Origin: Cenococcum geophilum
Taxonomy: Eukaryota
NCBI GenBank assembly: GCA_050273025.1
Contig: CP158635.1
Span: 4,340,001 to 4,404,000 of the forward strand
Reading direction: 5' to 3'
Length of the DNA stretch: 64,000 nucleotides
The translations under genes and the position numbers were made by a program. This document shows, piece by piece, positions 11,919-25,206 of the stretch. The stretch's first letter is position 1. Each line of letters opens with the position of its first letter. The notes under the pieces are model-generated. The model saw only the letters and a program-made list of their open reading frames with translations, was not told the DNA's origin and searched no databases.

Positions 11919-14900
11919 TATAAGGGATATTATTGCGGACACCTTAGATTGCCCTTAGGATAACCCCTAAATGCCCCTTAGATAGTCGCTAGTTATATAC
12001 TAAAGGCATATACCTATAGTATATAGTCTTGACAATCCTAGAGGCCTTACCTTCTTAAGGATTTATCTCTCTTACTAATTTATCCTATTCTATAATTGTA
12101 TCTTTATAGCCCCCTATCTATAAAGTCCCCTTATATTTAAATCCTTCCTACTATAACGGCGCTATCGTACGTTACCTGCCAAATTCTGCCATATTCTGCC
12201 GACCTATAATTGGCCCGCCCAAAGCTAGCGCCTTAGCGGCTTACCTTATATATTTGTTTACATTAGTCCTAGCAACCCCTTTTCCTTCTCTTTAGCTTAG
12301 TATCTTTATAATACAGCATTCTATAAGCTTTAGTTTAGAGGCATTTATACGAGCCGTAATATTATACTAAGCTTACCCTACCTTGCCTGGGAAGGCCTTA
12401 ATAATATCCCACCCCAAAGAAACTTCGTCTATAACGACACATTAATACGCTATACTTAGACGCTAAAACAACTCTATATTGCCTGGGAAGGCCTTAATAA
12501 TATCCTACCTTATAAGCTAGACAGGACTGGACCTATACCCCCAGAATTAAAACTAAAGCATATAATACTGACGAACCTTAGGAAGCTAACAATAGTACCT
12601 AAAGTAAGCTTATTTAAGAGAGCTGCCTTTACCTAAGAGGAACCTAAGATCTAATTAGGATTAGAAATTGAAGACAATAATAATATTATAGACGTACGTA
12701 AGTAGATTCGCGCCCTTGTAGCTAGCTAGGAAGCCGATTATTTTAAAGTAAGAAATATATAAGAGACCCTATAAGAGATCCTAGAAAGCCCTATAGCCCT
12801 ATAAAATAGCCTAGCTTCCCCTTTTTAAAGCCCTAGCTAACCCGTTTACTCTACTAAATATAATATACTAGGGAGTACGGATATAATAACGAAGCAATTA
12901 AAGTCCATTAAGCTTCTTAACCCCCTACTACTGTCTAATAGGATGGACCCTACTTTTAAGAATTAGAGGATTTAAGTATAAGGAAAGCTCCGCGTTAACT
13001 ATAACTATTTCCTTTCTAAAGAAGCTAAAATACTCTACCTCTTTAGTCAAACTACTAGGGACGCCTAACGGCACCTTTAAGCCAAGTTTAAGGACGACTC
13101 CCCTATTTAATTTATATCTGTTAATAAGATAATACAGCATCTAATAGCTATTTATATTAACCTAAATAAAGTATGGGATACCTATTATAACTATAATCGC
13201 CTAATAATAAAACTAAACTAACCCCTTATTAAATTCTAGACTTAATTCCTATACCTTATAGGAGAAGGCCAGGTTCCCCTTAAGAACTACTAATTAGACC
13301 TATATAATAAGCTAATAATCCAGCTATAAGAAAAGATCGCTATATAACCTTAGATAATCTACTAACCTATAAAAGACTTGCAGCTTATTACTTATTATTA
13401 GACTTAAAACTAAAGTAGATTAACGTACGCCCTAATTAGTAGAAGCAACTCTATAATAATTAAAACTTATTAGCTATACCTATAGGAGCTAAAGTAAGAA
13501 GATAAGTTATAACTGCTCTTATACTAAAGGCGGTTATAACTATATACTAGCGAGCCTCGCCTAACTAGTTATATACTACACTATTAACTAGTATTTGCCG
13601 TAATACTCTAACTAACCCTACCTTAGCTATATGCTATAACTGTAATAAGTAGGGTTACTTTACCTTATTCTGCTCAGAGCTAAAGGATATAAGCAATATT
13701 AAGGAGATAGAGGAAGGAGAAACGTTTAATAAGTTAGGAAAAAAAGAACCCTAGGGAAAGACTTCCCCCTAGGGTACCCTATCGATCTTAAAGAGATTAA
13801 TCTTAGTTAGTTAATAGGTGGAAAGTATTTTATAGTTCTATATATAGTATCTTAAAATAGATATAGAGTTAATATAACTACCCTTATTAATACTAGAGTA
13901 AATAGCTTTGCCTTTATAAATACTGCTTATATAAATAATGTTGCTAAGTTTCTAAATACAGAAGCTATCTAAATAGAGAAGCCTGTTTAGGTAAAAGGCT
14001 ATAACGGCTAAGCCGGTTAGCCTATTACCTATATCTTAAAGTTATATATTGCTCTTAACGGACGACGCTAATATAGCATCCCCTTTTATATCCTAGACCT
14101 AGAGTCCTATAATATAATCCTTAGACAAAAATAGATGTCCTATTTTAATATTTGGTTAAATATACAATAAAGACGGTTTATCTAGCTGGAGGATAGACTA
14201 AGGTTACTCTTTTTTATTAGGGAGATCCGAACTAACCGTAAGATATTAGCTGTAAGGGCTAACCCTACCTACTAGTAGAATATCTAGGCCCGTAACCTAG
14301 CCTTTACCTAAAAAGACGCCCGCTATAAAGCTAGAAAGAACTCTATACTAATAAAGATACTCTCCTAAAGCGCTATACTTAAAGAGGACTCTATATATAG
14401 AAGTGGGATAGATAGTAATATAGATAATATTTAAATTGTACGGATTTAACCGGTATAGAAAAGAACGTATTAATAGGATATAAGGGATAACCTCTAAAAG
14501 ATGTAATAGGAGCTAAAAGAAGTAGTAATAACGCTAGTACCCTAGAAGTCCCTAAAGTTATATACACCCCTATTATTAGGCAACCCCCCTACTATAGATA
14601 TTACTATAATTAGCGCTATAGCGTTCTACTTTAATATATACTAGAAGGATAATAAGGTCTTTATAATAAGCTTATATAAAATTAACTAAATTATTAATAA
14701 TAGAGAGGAAAGGCTAGCTAAGGAAACTAATAAGGAACTAGTTAAACGCCTCCTTTTTACTATTTATATAAACTATAAGGATGTATTCTTAAAGGCGGCC
14801 TTAAATAAGTTACCTCCCTACTAGATATATAATTATAAGATTTAATTAAAAGCCAATAACTCGCTAGGCTATAGCCCCCTCTATTATTAATTAATGGATA

Positions 14901-17900
14901 AGCTAAAAGTAATAAAGTAGTACTTAATTAATAACCTGGATAAAGGGTTTATCAAGCTAAGTTAAGCCTCTTTTACTTCCTCTATTCTATTTGTAAAAAA
15001 GCCTAATAAAGGCCTTAATTTTTACATTAACTATTAAAAGTTAAACGCTATTACTTAAAAGGACTAGTATCCTATTCCTTTAATTAATAAGACCCTTATA
15101 CGTCTAAGCTAGGCAAAGATCTTTACTAAACTTAATATCCGCTAAGCTTTCTACTAAATTAGGATAGACCCTATATCTAAAGATTTAACAATATTTTATA
15201 CTCGTTATAGTTCCTATAAATATAAAGTTCTTCCTTTTAGACTAATAAACGGACTGGCTATGTACTAAAGGTATATAAATAACGTTCTTTTTAATTACCT
15301 TAATAAATTCTGCACGGCATACCTAGACGACATTTTTATATACTTAAACAACAAACTTAAGTATTAAGTTTATATTAAGAAGGTCCTAGAGAGACTACAG
15401 AATATAGGCTTATAAGTTAATATTAAGAAATGCGAGTTTAAGGTAAAACGTATAAAATACCTTGGGTTTATTATAACTATGGAAGGAATTAAGGTTAACC
15501 CTAAGAAGGTAAAGGCAATCCGTAACTAAAAGCCCCCTTATATAGTAAAAGAAATCTAATACTTTCTTAGTTTTTATAACTTTTATTACTAGTTTATCCG
15601 TAACTATAGAATTATAGTAAAACCTCTTATATAACTAACTAGGAAGGATATACCTTTTATTTTTAATAATAGCTATATAAAAGCCTTTAAAGAGATAAAG
15701 GATCGGCTTATCTCTTCCCTAATTCTTTATTACTATAACCCAGACTTTAAATTAATGCTAAAAATAGACGCCTTTAATAGGGTCATAGCGGGAATCCTAT
15801 TACAGTTATATCTAGATAGCAAATAGTACCCTATAGCTTTCTTCTTAAAGATAATAGACCCGGCTAAGTATAACTATAAAGTATATAATAAAGAAATGCT
15901 AGCTGTTATTTAATTACTCTTTTAATAGCGCGTAGAGCTTAAAGGTATAAACTCCTAGATTAAAATATATACAGATTATAAAGCCCTAAAGTACTTTATA
16001 ATTATAAAGCAGCTTACTAAATAATAAGCCTAGTAGGCTAAAATACTCTCCTAATTCTTCTTTATAATTATATATTATTCTAGTAAGTAAAACTCTAAAG
16101 CTAATACCCTAACCTAAAAAGAATAAGACGTAGTGTGGTGGGGTAAAATGGGCCACTACTTAGTGCCTTGGCATTTTCCTGTATATATTAAGCCTTCGGC
16201 TTCTCTCCTTCTCGCTAGCACGACCTACCGGAACACATTCTTTCCTTTCTTCTTACTGACTACTTTCCTACTAATTGATTACAACTGACCGACCGACCGA
16301 CCGACAGACCGATAGCACTGTGACTTTCCTATCTGAGAGTGGTCGTACCCTCCTATATATTTTATGGCATTCCACGTGGGGATGACGGCAAGCTCTTTAG
16401 ATTAGAAGTCTGGCATTTTACACACAACTATATACGCGTAGGAACATACCACGACTATAGAAGAACCGCTAGCTGTAGAAGAACGACTAGCTGCAGAAGA
16501 ACCGCCAGCCAGACAGATGAGACGAAAGCAGAGAACTAGGCAGTATCGGACAGCAAGGGGAACCAGATAGTCCCTAAATAGAAAGACAGCGGAAAAGACG
16601 GACATTAGACTTAACGCATAGGCTAAAGAGTGGCAAAAAGGAGTGGTAAAGGTCTTGGAAAGTTATGTGTAAGGACGTTAAGCGAACCAGCGAGCCAATT
16701 AGATAGCTTTGACCGGCAGTCGGAGATACCTGATTTCTTTTACCTGCGCACGGACATGGCTAGAGCTTTATTAAAGATATAGAGATAATAGGCAGCCAAG
16801 GGCCAATTAATTAGATGGAAATGAGATCTAAGGCATCTAGCGGCAGAGGAAGTTAGCGCTGCCCTTTAGGAATAGAAGAGAGAATACCGAGCAAGGTTGC
16901 AAGTACACGAGATTAGATCTGCCCTCGAAAGCTTCCTATTCTGGTTTAGCTTTATCTTTTTTTAAGTTATCCGGATCGTGTTAGCGGCGGCTGCAAAGGC
17001 GTTCTATGAAGAAGTAGATATAGGCAGAAGCGTAAGGCTTAGCAGCACCCTACCGCGCGGAGCAATGGCAGGCCAAAATAGACGGACGTATCGAGACCCG
17101 GCAGTAGTAGAAGATAGCGATTCTATACTCTCCCAGGAAGACCGACCTCTAGGCGTTAAGAAGCAGCCAGAAGAAATCGAAGCCTATACCTCTTTTACTA
17201 AGTATAAACTAATACCAGGACAGCCGTCTAGGATACTATTACCTTAGGCGGCAATGTAAGCAGACCTACTATAGTATTTACCCGTGACACCTAGGACCGA
17301 TAACCCTTAGTAAACAAAGGATAAGAACCGTAAGGACCACCTATAAGCTCCTAAGGAAGCTCTAGATACGTCACCCTATAACCAGCAGTTAACAGCTTAA
17401 GATAGGATCTACGTTATGGTCCAGCCTATGCCAGCCCCAGGAACTATTGGAACTCCGTACTTTACAGGACAGGACATATTACAGTTTATTAAGCAGTACG
17501 AACGGCTATGCGTCCGATACTATGTAATAAGTAAGGAGAAGTACCAGGGCCTTCTGGAGTACTGTAATTACTGGATAGGGATATGGATCCGAAGCTTGCC
17601 TAAGTTTATAGCTGGTGACTGGACGGAGCTTATAAGAAAGCTTAGGGCGGAATACCGAGGAAGTAACTAATTTTGACAAATGGAAACGGTAGAATTCTTA
17701 GAAGCCTATATACGGCAGTATAGGGATAGTCCGCCAAGCAGCGCACGTGAGTACTATAGGCAGTTTACACTGATCTTCTAAAGGGTTACGCAGGTAGGTA
17801 ATCTAGGGAACGCTTAGCGAGGGTACTGGTTTATAAAAGGACTTCCGCTTAAATATTAAAGGTATGCTATAGCTAAAACGGGAGCTAATCTAGATAGACG

Positions 17901-18269
17901 AGAGTCCTTTAACTTCTATTAGTTACAGAGAGCTATAGAGGACAGGCTTAGTTTATATAAGGGCGCGGATTGTCTATTAAAAATGGACCCCAAGGAGCAG
18001 AGCCTTCGTTAGCTAGTTAAGTAGTTCTATAATTAGCAGCCAGTTATAGGCAAAGATGCTACCCTTTAACCACCTACGATCTTTTAGCTAAATAAGACAG
18101 CCGACGCCTGTTAAGCTAGCTAGGAAACGGACCTAGTTAGACCAGGTGTACACGGAGGAGCCCTAATACAGCAGCATTTACCCGCTATAGATTAAGCTAT
18201 AGTTTAAAGCCTAGCATAAGGATATGGCCTGGTATTAGGATACGAAGACTGGCAGAATAGCACCCGACC

Positions 18270-18375
18270 TCTATAAGACTCTCGATATCCGCAGGACTTC
18301 CGACCTCCGTAGGACTCTTGATATCCGCAGGACTTCCAATATCCGTAGGACTTCCGATATCCGCAAGATTCTACT
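18270..18375. repeat. 18-bp tandem repeat (CCGYAGGACTTCCGATAT) within element E
   Basis: About 5-6 imperfect copies. Confidence 0.8.
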
Positions 18376-21319
18376 ACCTTTAGACGACCGCAGCGGGACG
18401 TACGGGGTCAGCAGGATGGCACGCGATCTAGCCCAGGCCGATGGACCTATTTTAGATGCGGAGGAAGTCACCGTTTTACCAAGCACGAATGTTAAGGCTT
18501 AAAGGATCTTATTTAGTAAGGATTTGTATATCTATCTAATTAAGGAAGACTAGTAGCTGGGATACGCGACCGACCTGGACCTAAACTACCGTGGCTTGGC
18601 AATGAGGGACGATTAAAAAACATTAAGAACTAGCTCCGTACGTACTAAGGAGCAGACCTAGATAGACCAAAGAAAAAATAGACGCAGCAGCGGGCCTTCC
18701 ATAACGGAGTAGCGCTAAAGATTAGTAATAAGAAAAGTATAAACTGGGGGGACTACTATTAGAATCGCCTAACCCTTAAAGACAGCCGCGTAACTAGGAC
18801 AGCTATTAAGCTATAGGAGAGTAATGTATAACCAGAAGACTATATACAGATTAGGTTACGGCCTATAGAGAAGGCAGCTGAAGCTAGGGAGGACTACTAT
18901 TAGAATCGCCCGACCCTTAGAGACGGTCATTAGAGACGGTCATTAGAGGCGGACGCTTAAAGCAGACTCTATAGCAGGTATAGAATGTTTAACTAGGGGA
19001 CAGTTAAGTTCTAAGGTGGGGGAGGGGACGCAGGTAACGGCCGTATAAAAGATTTCTATTTGTTTGCTTATTTACTATATTTCCTAAAGCTCCATTCTTA
19101 TTTACTTTCTTAATTACAACGCATTAAGACGACCTGCCGCAAAGATATTAGTTTAGCTCACCGCCTGTCGCCGAGCTAATAGCGATTTTCTATCCTGGGG
19201 ACGGAAAATCCTAATTGGTCCATTCAGCAGTAAAGCCGGCAGAACCCTACACCGCCCCTAGAATTCGACGATGTGCTAGCCGCACAACGAGAACGGATAC
19301 CAAGAGCCTTAATTAATTGCACAGATACAGAGCCGGTTGTACAATATAGAGCCAGACGCAGAGCCTTAATCGAACGACTGTACGGAAGCCTTGGTCTCGA
19401 GTAACTGCATAGAAGCTACGGCTAGTCGAAGGGTAGAATTAAGCCAGAGCCTCAATATCAGCACGTCGCCGTCACTGAATCGAATTAGTTAAATATCGTC
19501 AAATTAGAGCCTTTAACCGGGCCGACTTTGTTCCTTATTCAAACGACAGCTGATCACAGCTCTGCCCTACCACCCAAATTCAGTACTGTACCGGCTGCAC
19601 GACAAGAACAGATACCGCGGCAAGGAAGGGACCTATATATAAGGATAGCAGCACGATATTAGAAACAAGCACCGCGGAACCGTAAAGTAGTATATAAAGA
19701 GGCACTGATAAAGATGCTCTGTAAAAGATCGTATACAGGGCACAGCTGACCACATTAAGCCTAAGCCATCTTTATATAACTAAAGACAGGACAAAGCCGT
19801 ATCTGACTAAGCCAGTAAAGGACCTTATTAAGGACTATAAGGGAAACAGGAATGGGACGTATAGGAGCTAGCACTTCTTAGAGATCGTCTTAACAAAAGG
19901 ACTATATTATGGACGCAAGGGCAAGGGATATATGACAGAGGTAGTTATAATAGCCGAGAAGCTGCCACCGGATAATAAAGAGACTGGAAGTAGAAGATAG
20001 TCCCTAGAAGGCTCTTAAGCTAAAAGAAGATTAAGGACACGTAAGCGTACTGCCAGTAGTAAGGGTAAAGGAGCAGCCGTAAAGGCCTAAGATGCGCTAA
20101 AGAAGCCAAGTGCAAAGACGGCCTAGAAAAAAAAGAAAGCAGCTATTAAGGACGTCCCAGAAAAGCACTAGGCCTATAGTAGTAGTTTAAAAGGAAGCTG
20201 CCGTTAGTGTTCGCGAGGGAGAAAGTCTTAAGACAGGTCTCTAGATTGGACGTCTAGTGGACACTAAGAGCCTTAATCGACTATATAGATATAAAGCTTT
20301 AATAGAACAACTGCACAGCTAGAGTCTTAATTAATTGTCCGCAGATGCAGAGCCTACGGATGCAGAACCCAGGTTATACGTATAGTAGAAGACACCTTAA
20401 GTTAAGCCAGAGCCTCAGTTAAATCCTAATTAGTTAAACGCCGCCTATATAAGTTAAGTCGTTAAATTAGAGCCTTCGGTCGGGCCGACCTAATACCCTA
20501 TTTAAACGTTAGTCAATTATACGTTGTCACAGTTAAATCAAATTAGTCACCGTCGCCGTCAGACGTCTTAGATCGGCAGTTAAAGATGCATTACCGCAGG
20601 CACGCAGATACGCAGGCATATAGGCACTAGACCTAATCAGGGAACCAGTACACGGCCAGAAGAACGTTGGAAACACGGTTAATTAACGTTTTGGAGCCTC
20701 TGCGAGAGCCTCTTCCCTTAACTGCCCACCCCCATATTGATTAACTGCTGCCCGTCTTAACGCCCGCGAATTGGCTAACTAGAATAATCTTTCCTGCAGA
20801 TATAGATACGGAGCTTTACACGGAGTCTCGCACGGAGTCTATAGATATGGAGCATATAGGTGCAGAGCCTTAATTGGACAGCTTGACTGGACGCCTATAG
20901 ATGCGAAGCCTTGTACGAACAGCAGATGCGGAGCCTTAACCAATCGGACGTCTGCACGGAAGCTTTAATTAACTGTCTACGGATACAAAGCCCCAGTTAT
21001 ATATGCAGCAGAAGACACCTTAAGTTAAGCCAGGGCCTTATCGAATCTTAATTAGTTAAACGCTGTCTCCGCATTCAAGTTAGGACAATTAGAGCCTTCA
21101 ACTGGGCCGACTTTCTACCTTAATCGAACAACCGAACAATTAGTTGCAGCACGTCGTCGCCGACCAATTAGACAGTCTTTGTCCGACAGTTAAAGCAGGC
21201 ATATAGGCACCCACGTAGATACGGACGTAGACTATGCAGAGCTAGGTATAGAGCCTTGATATTAAACGACTAGCCGAACCACCGAGTCAGGCCGTAGTCT
21301 CTGCTATCTTAATCAACTG

Positions 21320-22000
21320 CCCTGCCGCCGCCGCTACCGCTACCACTATTCCGTCTAGCTATTTTATCCCTACCGTCTCAACCAACCGCTCTGTCTCTAC
21401 TGTTCTAGATCTATACCGTTGCTAATACTGTTTTAACTATTCTACTATTGCTCTACCGGCCGCCATATTCTACCGTTTTAATTGCCCCGCTGCCGCCCGA
21501 CTAGCCGCCTCCGACCAACTGCTACCGACCGTTCTATCACTAACCGCTCTGTTACTGCTGCTGCTGCTACTACTGCTGCTACTGCTACCATTCCAACTGC
21601 TCTAACTGCTGCTTCTACTGGCCTGTTCCGTTCTACTGTTTCTACTAACTGCTACTCTAACTAATCTGTTTTACTATTGCCGACCGACTGTTTCACTTCT
21701 ACTGCTACTGCTACTTCTACTGCCACTGCTGTTCCGACCAGCTATTCTACTGCTACTGTTTAACCGTTCCGTTCCGCTATTTTGATTGTTTTACCGCTAC
21801 TATTCTAACCAACTGCTACCAACTAACTGCTACTGACCGTCCTGTTACTGATTCTTCTACTAAGTATTCTGCCGCCGACTATACTGTTTTATTTTACTGC
21901 GCTAAGTATCTGCTTTTCTTACTGTTTCTACTACCGTTACTATTGCTGCTATTACTGCTATTACTGCTGTTGCTACTATTACTGCTACCGTTATTGTTTC
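21320..22000. repeat. Low-complexity (ACT/GCT)n-rich tract in the 3' region of element E
   Basis: Directly visible trinucleotide-like degenerate repeats. Confidence 0.8.
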
Positions 22001-25000
22001 TAGTTTACTGCTGTCCTAGTTACTAGGTTGGACCTTAGCTATAGGTAATAAAGGGGCACTACAGAACAGTTCTATAGGAGAGCTAAGGATAGGGTTATCT
22101 AAGTTCTTTTAGGGGTGTGCTTTCCTTTTTCTATTCTGCTTTTACTTTACTTTTGTTTGGCTATTCTTCTATAGTATAGAACGTTAGGGGATAACGTTCT
22201 TGGTGGGGGAGGTATATAGTGGGGTAAAATGGGCCACTACTTAGTGCCTTGGCATTTTCCTGTATATATTAAGCCTTTGGCTTCTCTCCTTCTCGCTAGC
22301 ACGACCTACCGGAACACATTCTTTCCTTTCTTCTTACTAACTGCTTTCCTACTAATTGATTACGACTGACCGACCGACCGACCGACAGACCGACAGCACT
22401 GTGACTTTCCTATCTGAGAGTGGTTGTACCCTCCCACAGTAGGACCCTAGGATAAGCTAAAGACCTAATATTAGACGCGCGCCCTCCTTTATCTAAAATA
22501 CCTTAACCTATAAAGCCTTAAAAAGCTAGACTTCTAGTAAAACGAGCTAGCACTAATAGAGGAGTCCTTAGATAAGCTAATAGGGCTAATTAACAGCCTC
22601 CTAACTGTAAACCGTATGGCTAATGCCTTAAGGGCCCTTTGCGAATAAGCTATAAAAGGGGGCCCTAATTTTAAGATAGAGGAAGAATTACTTCTATACT
22701 AGGAGCGGCTTGTAGTCCCTAACGTTAATAATTTATAGACTAAACTAATCCGCGAAGCTTATTACTAAGTCTCTATAGTATACCCTAGCAAGAACAAGAT
22801 CCGTGAAATTATTAACTACTACTACTACTAGCTAAAAATAGTTATAGATATTAATTAATATATATAGAACTGCGAAGACTGCTAGAGAGCTATAATCCTA
22901 CAGGATAAGACCCTAGGACTACTTAAGCCACTCCTAATACTAGAGCGCCCTTAGTAGTATATTTTTATAAGCTTTTATAAACTACCTAGGGACCGTAACA
23001 GATATAATATAGTTATAGTTATGGTTAACCGCTTTAGTAAACGCCCGTTTTTAATTCCCTATTATAAGAATATTAATGCTAAAGAGGTAGCCTAGCTATA
23101 TATCTATTATATCTACCAAATCTACAGACTATTAGATACTATTATATCTAATTATAGGCTATAGTTTATATTGGCCTTTTAGAATAAGTTTACCTAGATC
23201 TTAGGTATTGAGCTAAAGCTTTTTATAGCTTATTACCCCCAGATAGACGGTTAGACAGAGATTATAAATTAGTACCTAGACTAGAGGCTTAGACCCTTTA
23301 TTAACTATTTCTAGGATAACTAGTTTAAACTACTACCCTAAATAGACTATGCGCAAGCAACCCTACCCTATAACTCTATAGGGTTTGCCCCGATTTAGCT
23401 AGAAATAGGATACTTACCCTATATAAGCTTTAATTAGAAAAGGCTAAAAAAACCCTAGACTATATAAGAGAAGCTATTCTATACTAAGGCCTAATAGTAC
23501 GCTAAACGATTAGAGGAGGCCTAGATAGTAGCCCGCGGGAACTTAGAAAAAGCTTAGAGGTTAATAGAATAGTAGGTAAATAAACACCGTTAAGAGCCTA
23601 ATTTTGCCCCTAGTAATATAGTTTAGGTTATAATAAGGAATTAAAAAACCAAATAACCTAGCTATAAGCTAGATTACTAAATAGTAGGACCGTATAAGGT
23701 TCTTAAGAAAATAGGCAACTTATATAAGATAAAGCTCCCAGATTTAATTAGGGTTTACCCTATTTTCTTACCGGATAAGTTATAAAAAGCTATAAATAAC
23801 CTATTGCCTAGACAAAAGAACGAGCCTCCCCTACTAGTTTAAGTAAACGGTAATAACAAATAGGAGGTTAATAAAATACTAGCTTATAAGATAGTATAGG
23901 GAACGCTAAAATACTATATTTAATGGAAGGGCTATAATCCTAACCCAACTTAGCACCCTATATAGAACTTTATAGGCTACCCCTAGAAGCTTAAAGAATT
24001 TTATAACTAATACCCTAATACGCCTAGACCCCTAAAGTACCTAGATAAATAGATAGAATGCTAGTATAATAAAGATAATAAGTTACCGGAAGAATATAGG
24101 GATAAAAACGCCCTAAAGCCCTAATACAGCTATCTGCCAAATTCTACTATATTCTGCCGTTTTTCTGCTAGTACTATAAAATATTAAATATCTAGAAACT
24201 TTAACCGCCGGTTAAAGTTGTCTAATTAGTTAGATCCGTGCTAAGACTTTTAGCGGCTACTCTTTCTAGCCTAGTGCTTCTACTTAGCTCCTAATTACCC
24301 TTTATACTTAGTCTGGACGCACTTATTATTCCCTTTATCTCCTTATCTTATATTTTATAATCCTATGTTTATAAGCCTAATACTACCCTATTTCTAACTA
24401 AGCCTAAGGGCAGGCTTTCTTTTAAAAAGGGGGGTAATGTAATGGCGCTATCGCACATTACCTGCTAAATTATACTATATTCTACCAACCTATAATTGGC
24501 CCGCCCAAAGCTAGCGCCTTGGCGGCTTACCCTATATATTTATTTACATCAGTCCTAGCGACCCCTTTTCCTTCTCTTTAGCTTAGTATCTTCGTAATAT
24601 AGTATTCTACCAGCTTTGGTTTAGAGGCATTTATACAAGCTGTAACACCTACTCCTTTTTAAAAGGGTAGTTAGCTTTAAGGACCAGATTGTTTATTTAT
24701 ATCTTTTATTTATAACTACTATTCTTCCTTAAAATTTCGCGATAACCTAAATAGAAACTCTATAGATACCTTATGGAAAGCTATCGCGTAAAGGTAGGAA
24801 AGTCCCTCTAATAGCAAAGATTACGATAATATAACCCTTTGGGTAAGACGGCTAAATAAGCTCTAATACCTAGATACTCTAGAAGCTTAAAGACTTTTAT
24901 ATACCTATAGTTACCGCTAAGGAAAACATAGATGCCCTTTATAACGGTTATAATGCTACTAAAAAGTAACTAGAACCCCTCTAGCTCTACTTAGGCTAAT

Positions 25001-25206
25001 TAGAAAATTAAGCGCTAGAGGTAACTTTAAGATTTTCCCCTAAGCTAAAAATGTTAAAGAAATATACTAATATATCTAACTAGGGACCTAACTAGAACCC
25101 TCCCGGAAGACTACTAGCCTATAATTAGTATAGTAGTAGTATATAGACTGCTTATAAGCTAAGTAGGCCTATTCCTTTAGAAAATTAAACCTAAATACTA
25201 ACTTAA

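Larger units (their letters stand above)
16134..22438 (+). mobile_element. Non-autonomous gag-only LTR element E (Ylt1-like gag; TR-GAG/LARD-like), LTRs 16134-16357 and 22215-22438
   Basis: 224-bp LTRs and a 4-bp TSD GTAG; removal restores the host frame ADALT..QDVGPQD. Gag-like MPAPGTIGTPYFTGQDILQFIKQYERLC at 17428 onward, PPT GGTGGGGGAGG. No PR/RT/RH/IN motifs found. Confidence 0.85.
12152..24647 (+). mobile_element. Full-length chromodomain Gypsy A (RIPped), LTRs 12152-12361 and 24438-24647
   Basis: 210-bp LTRs, TSD CCTAC (12147-12151 and 24648-24652). CCHC knuckle at about 13635, DTG protease at about 13890, YLDD at about 15320, RNase H, integrase, chromodomain at about 23860-24010, PPT AAAAAGGGGGG. 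Confidence 0.95.

Noticed and set aside
10990..12135. 217-bp inverted repeats as the TIRs of a DNA transposon
   Set aside because: No TSD; one copy has a PPT and the other a PBS-like site leading into gag-pol, so they are LTRs.
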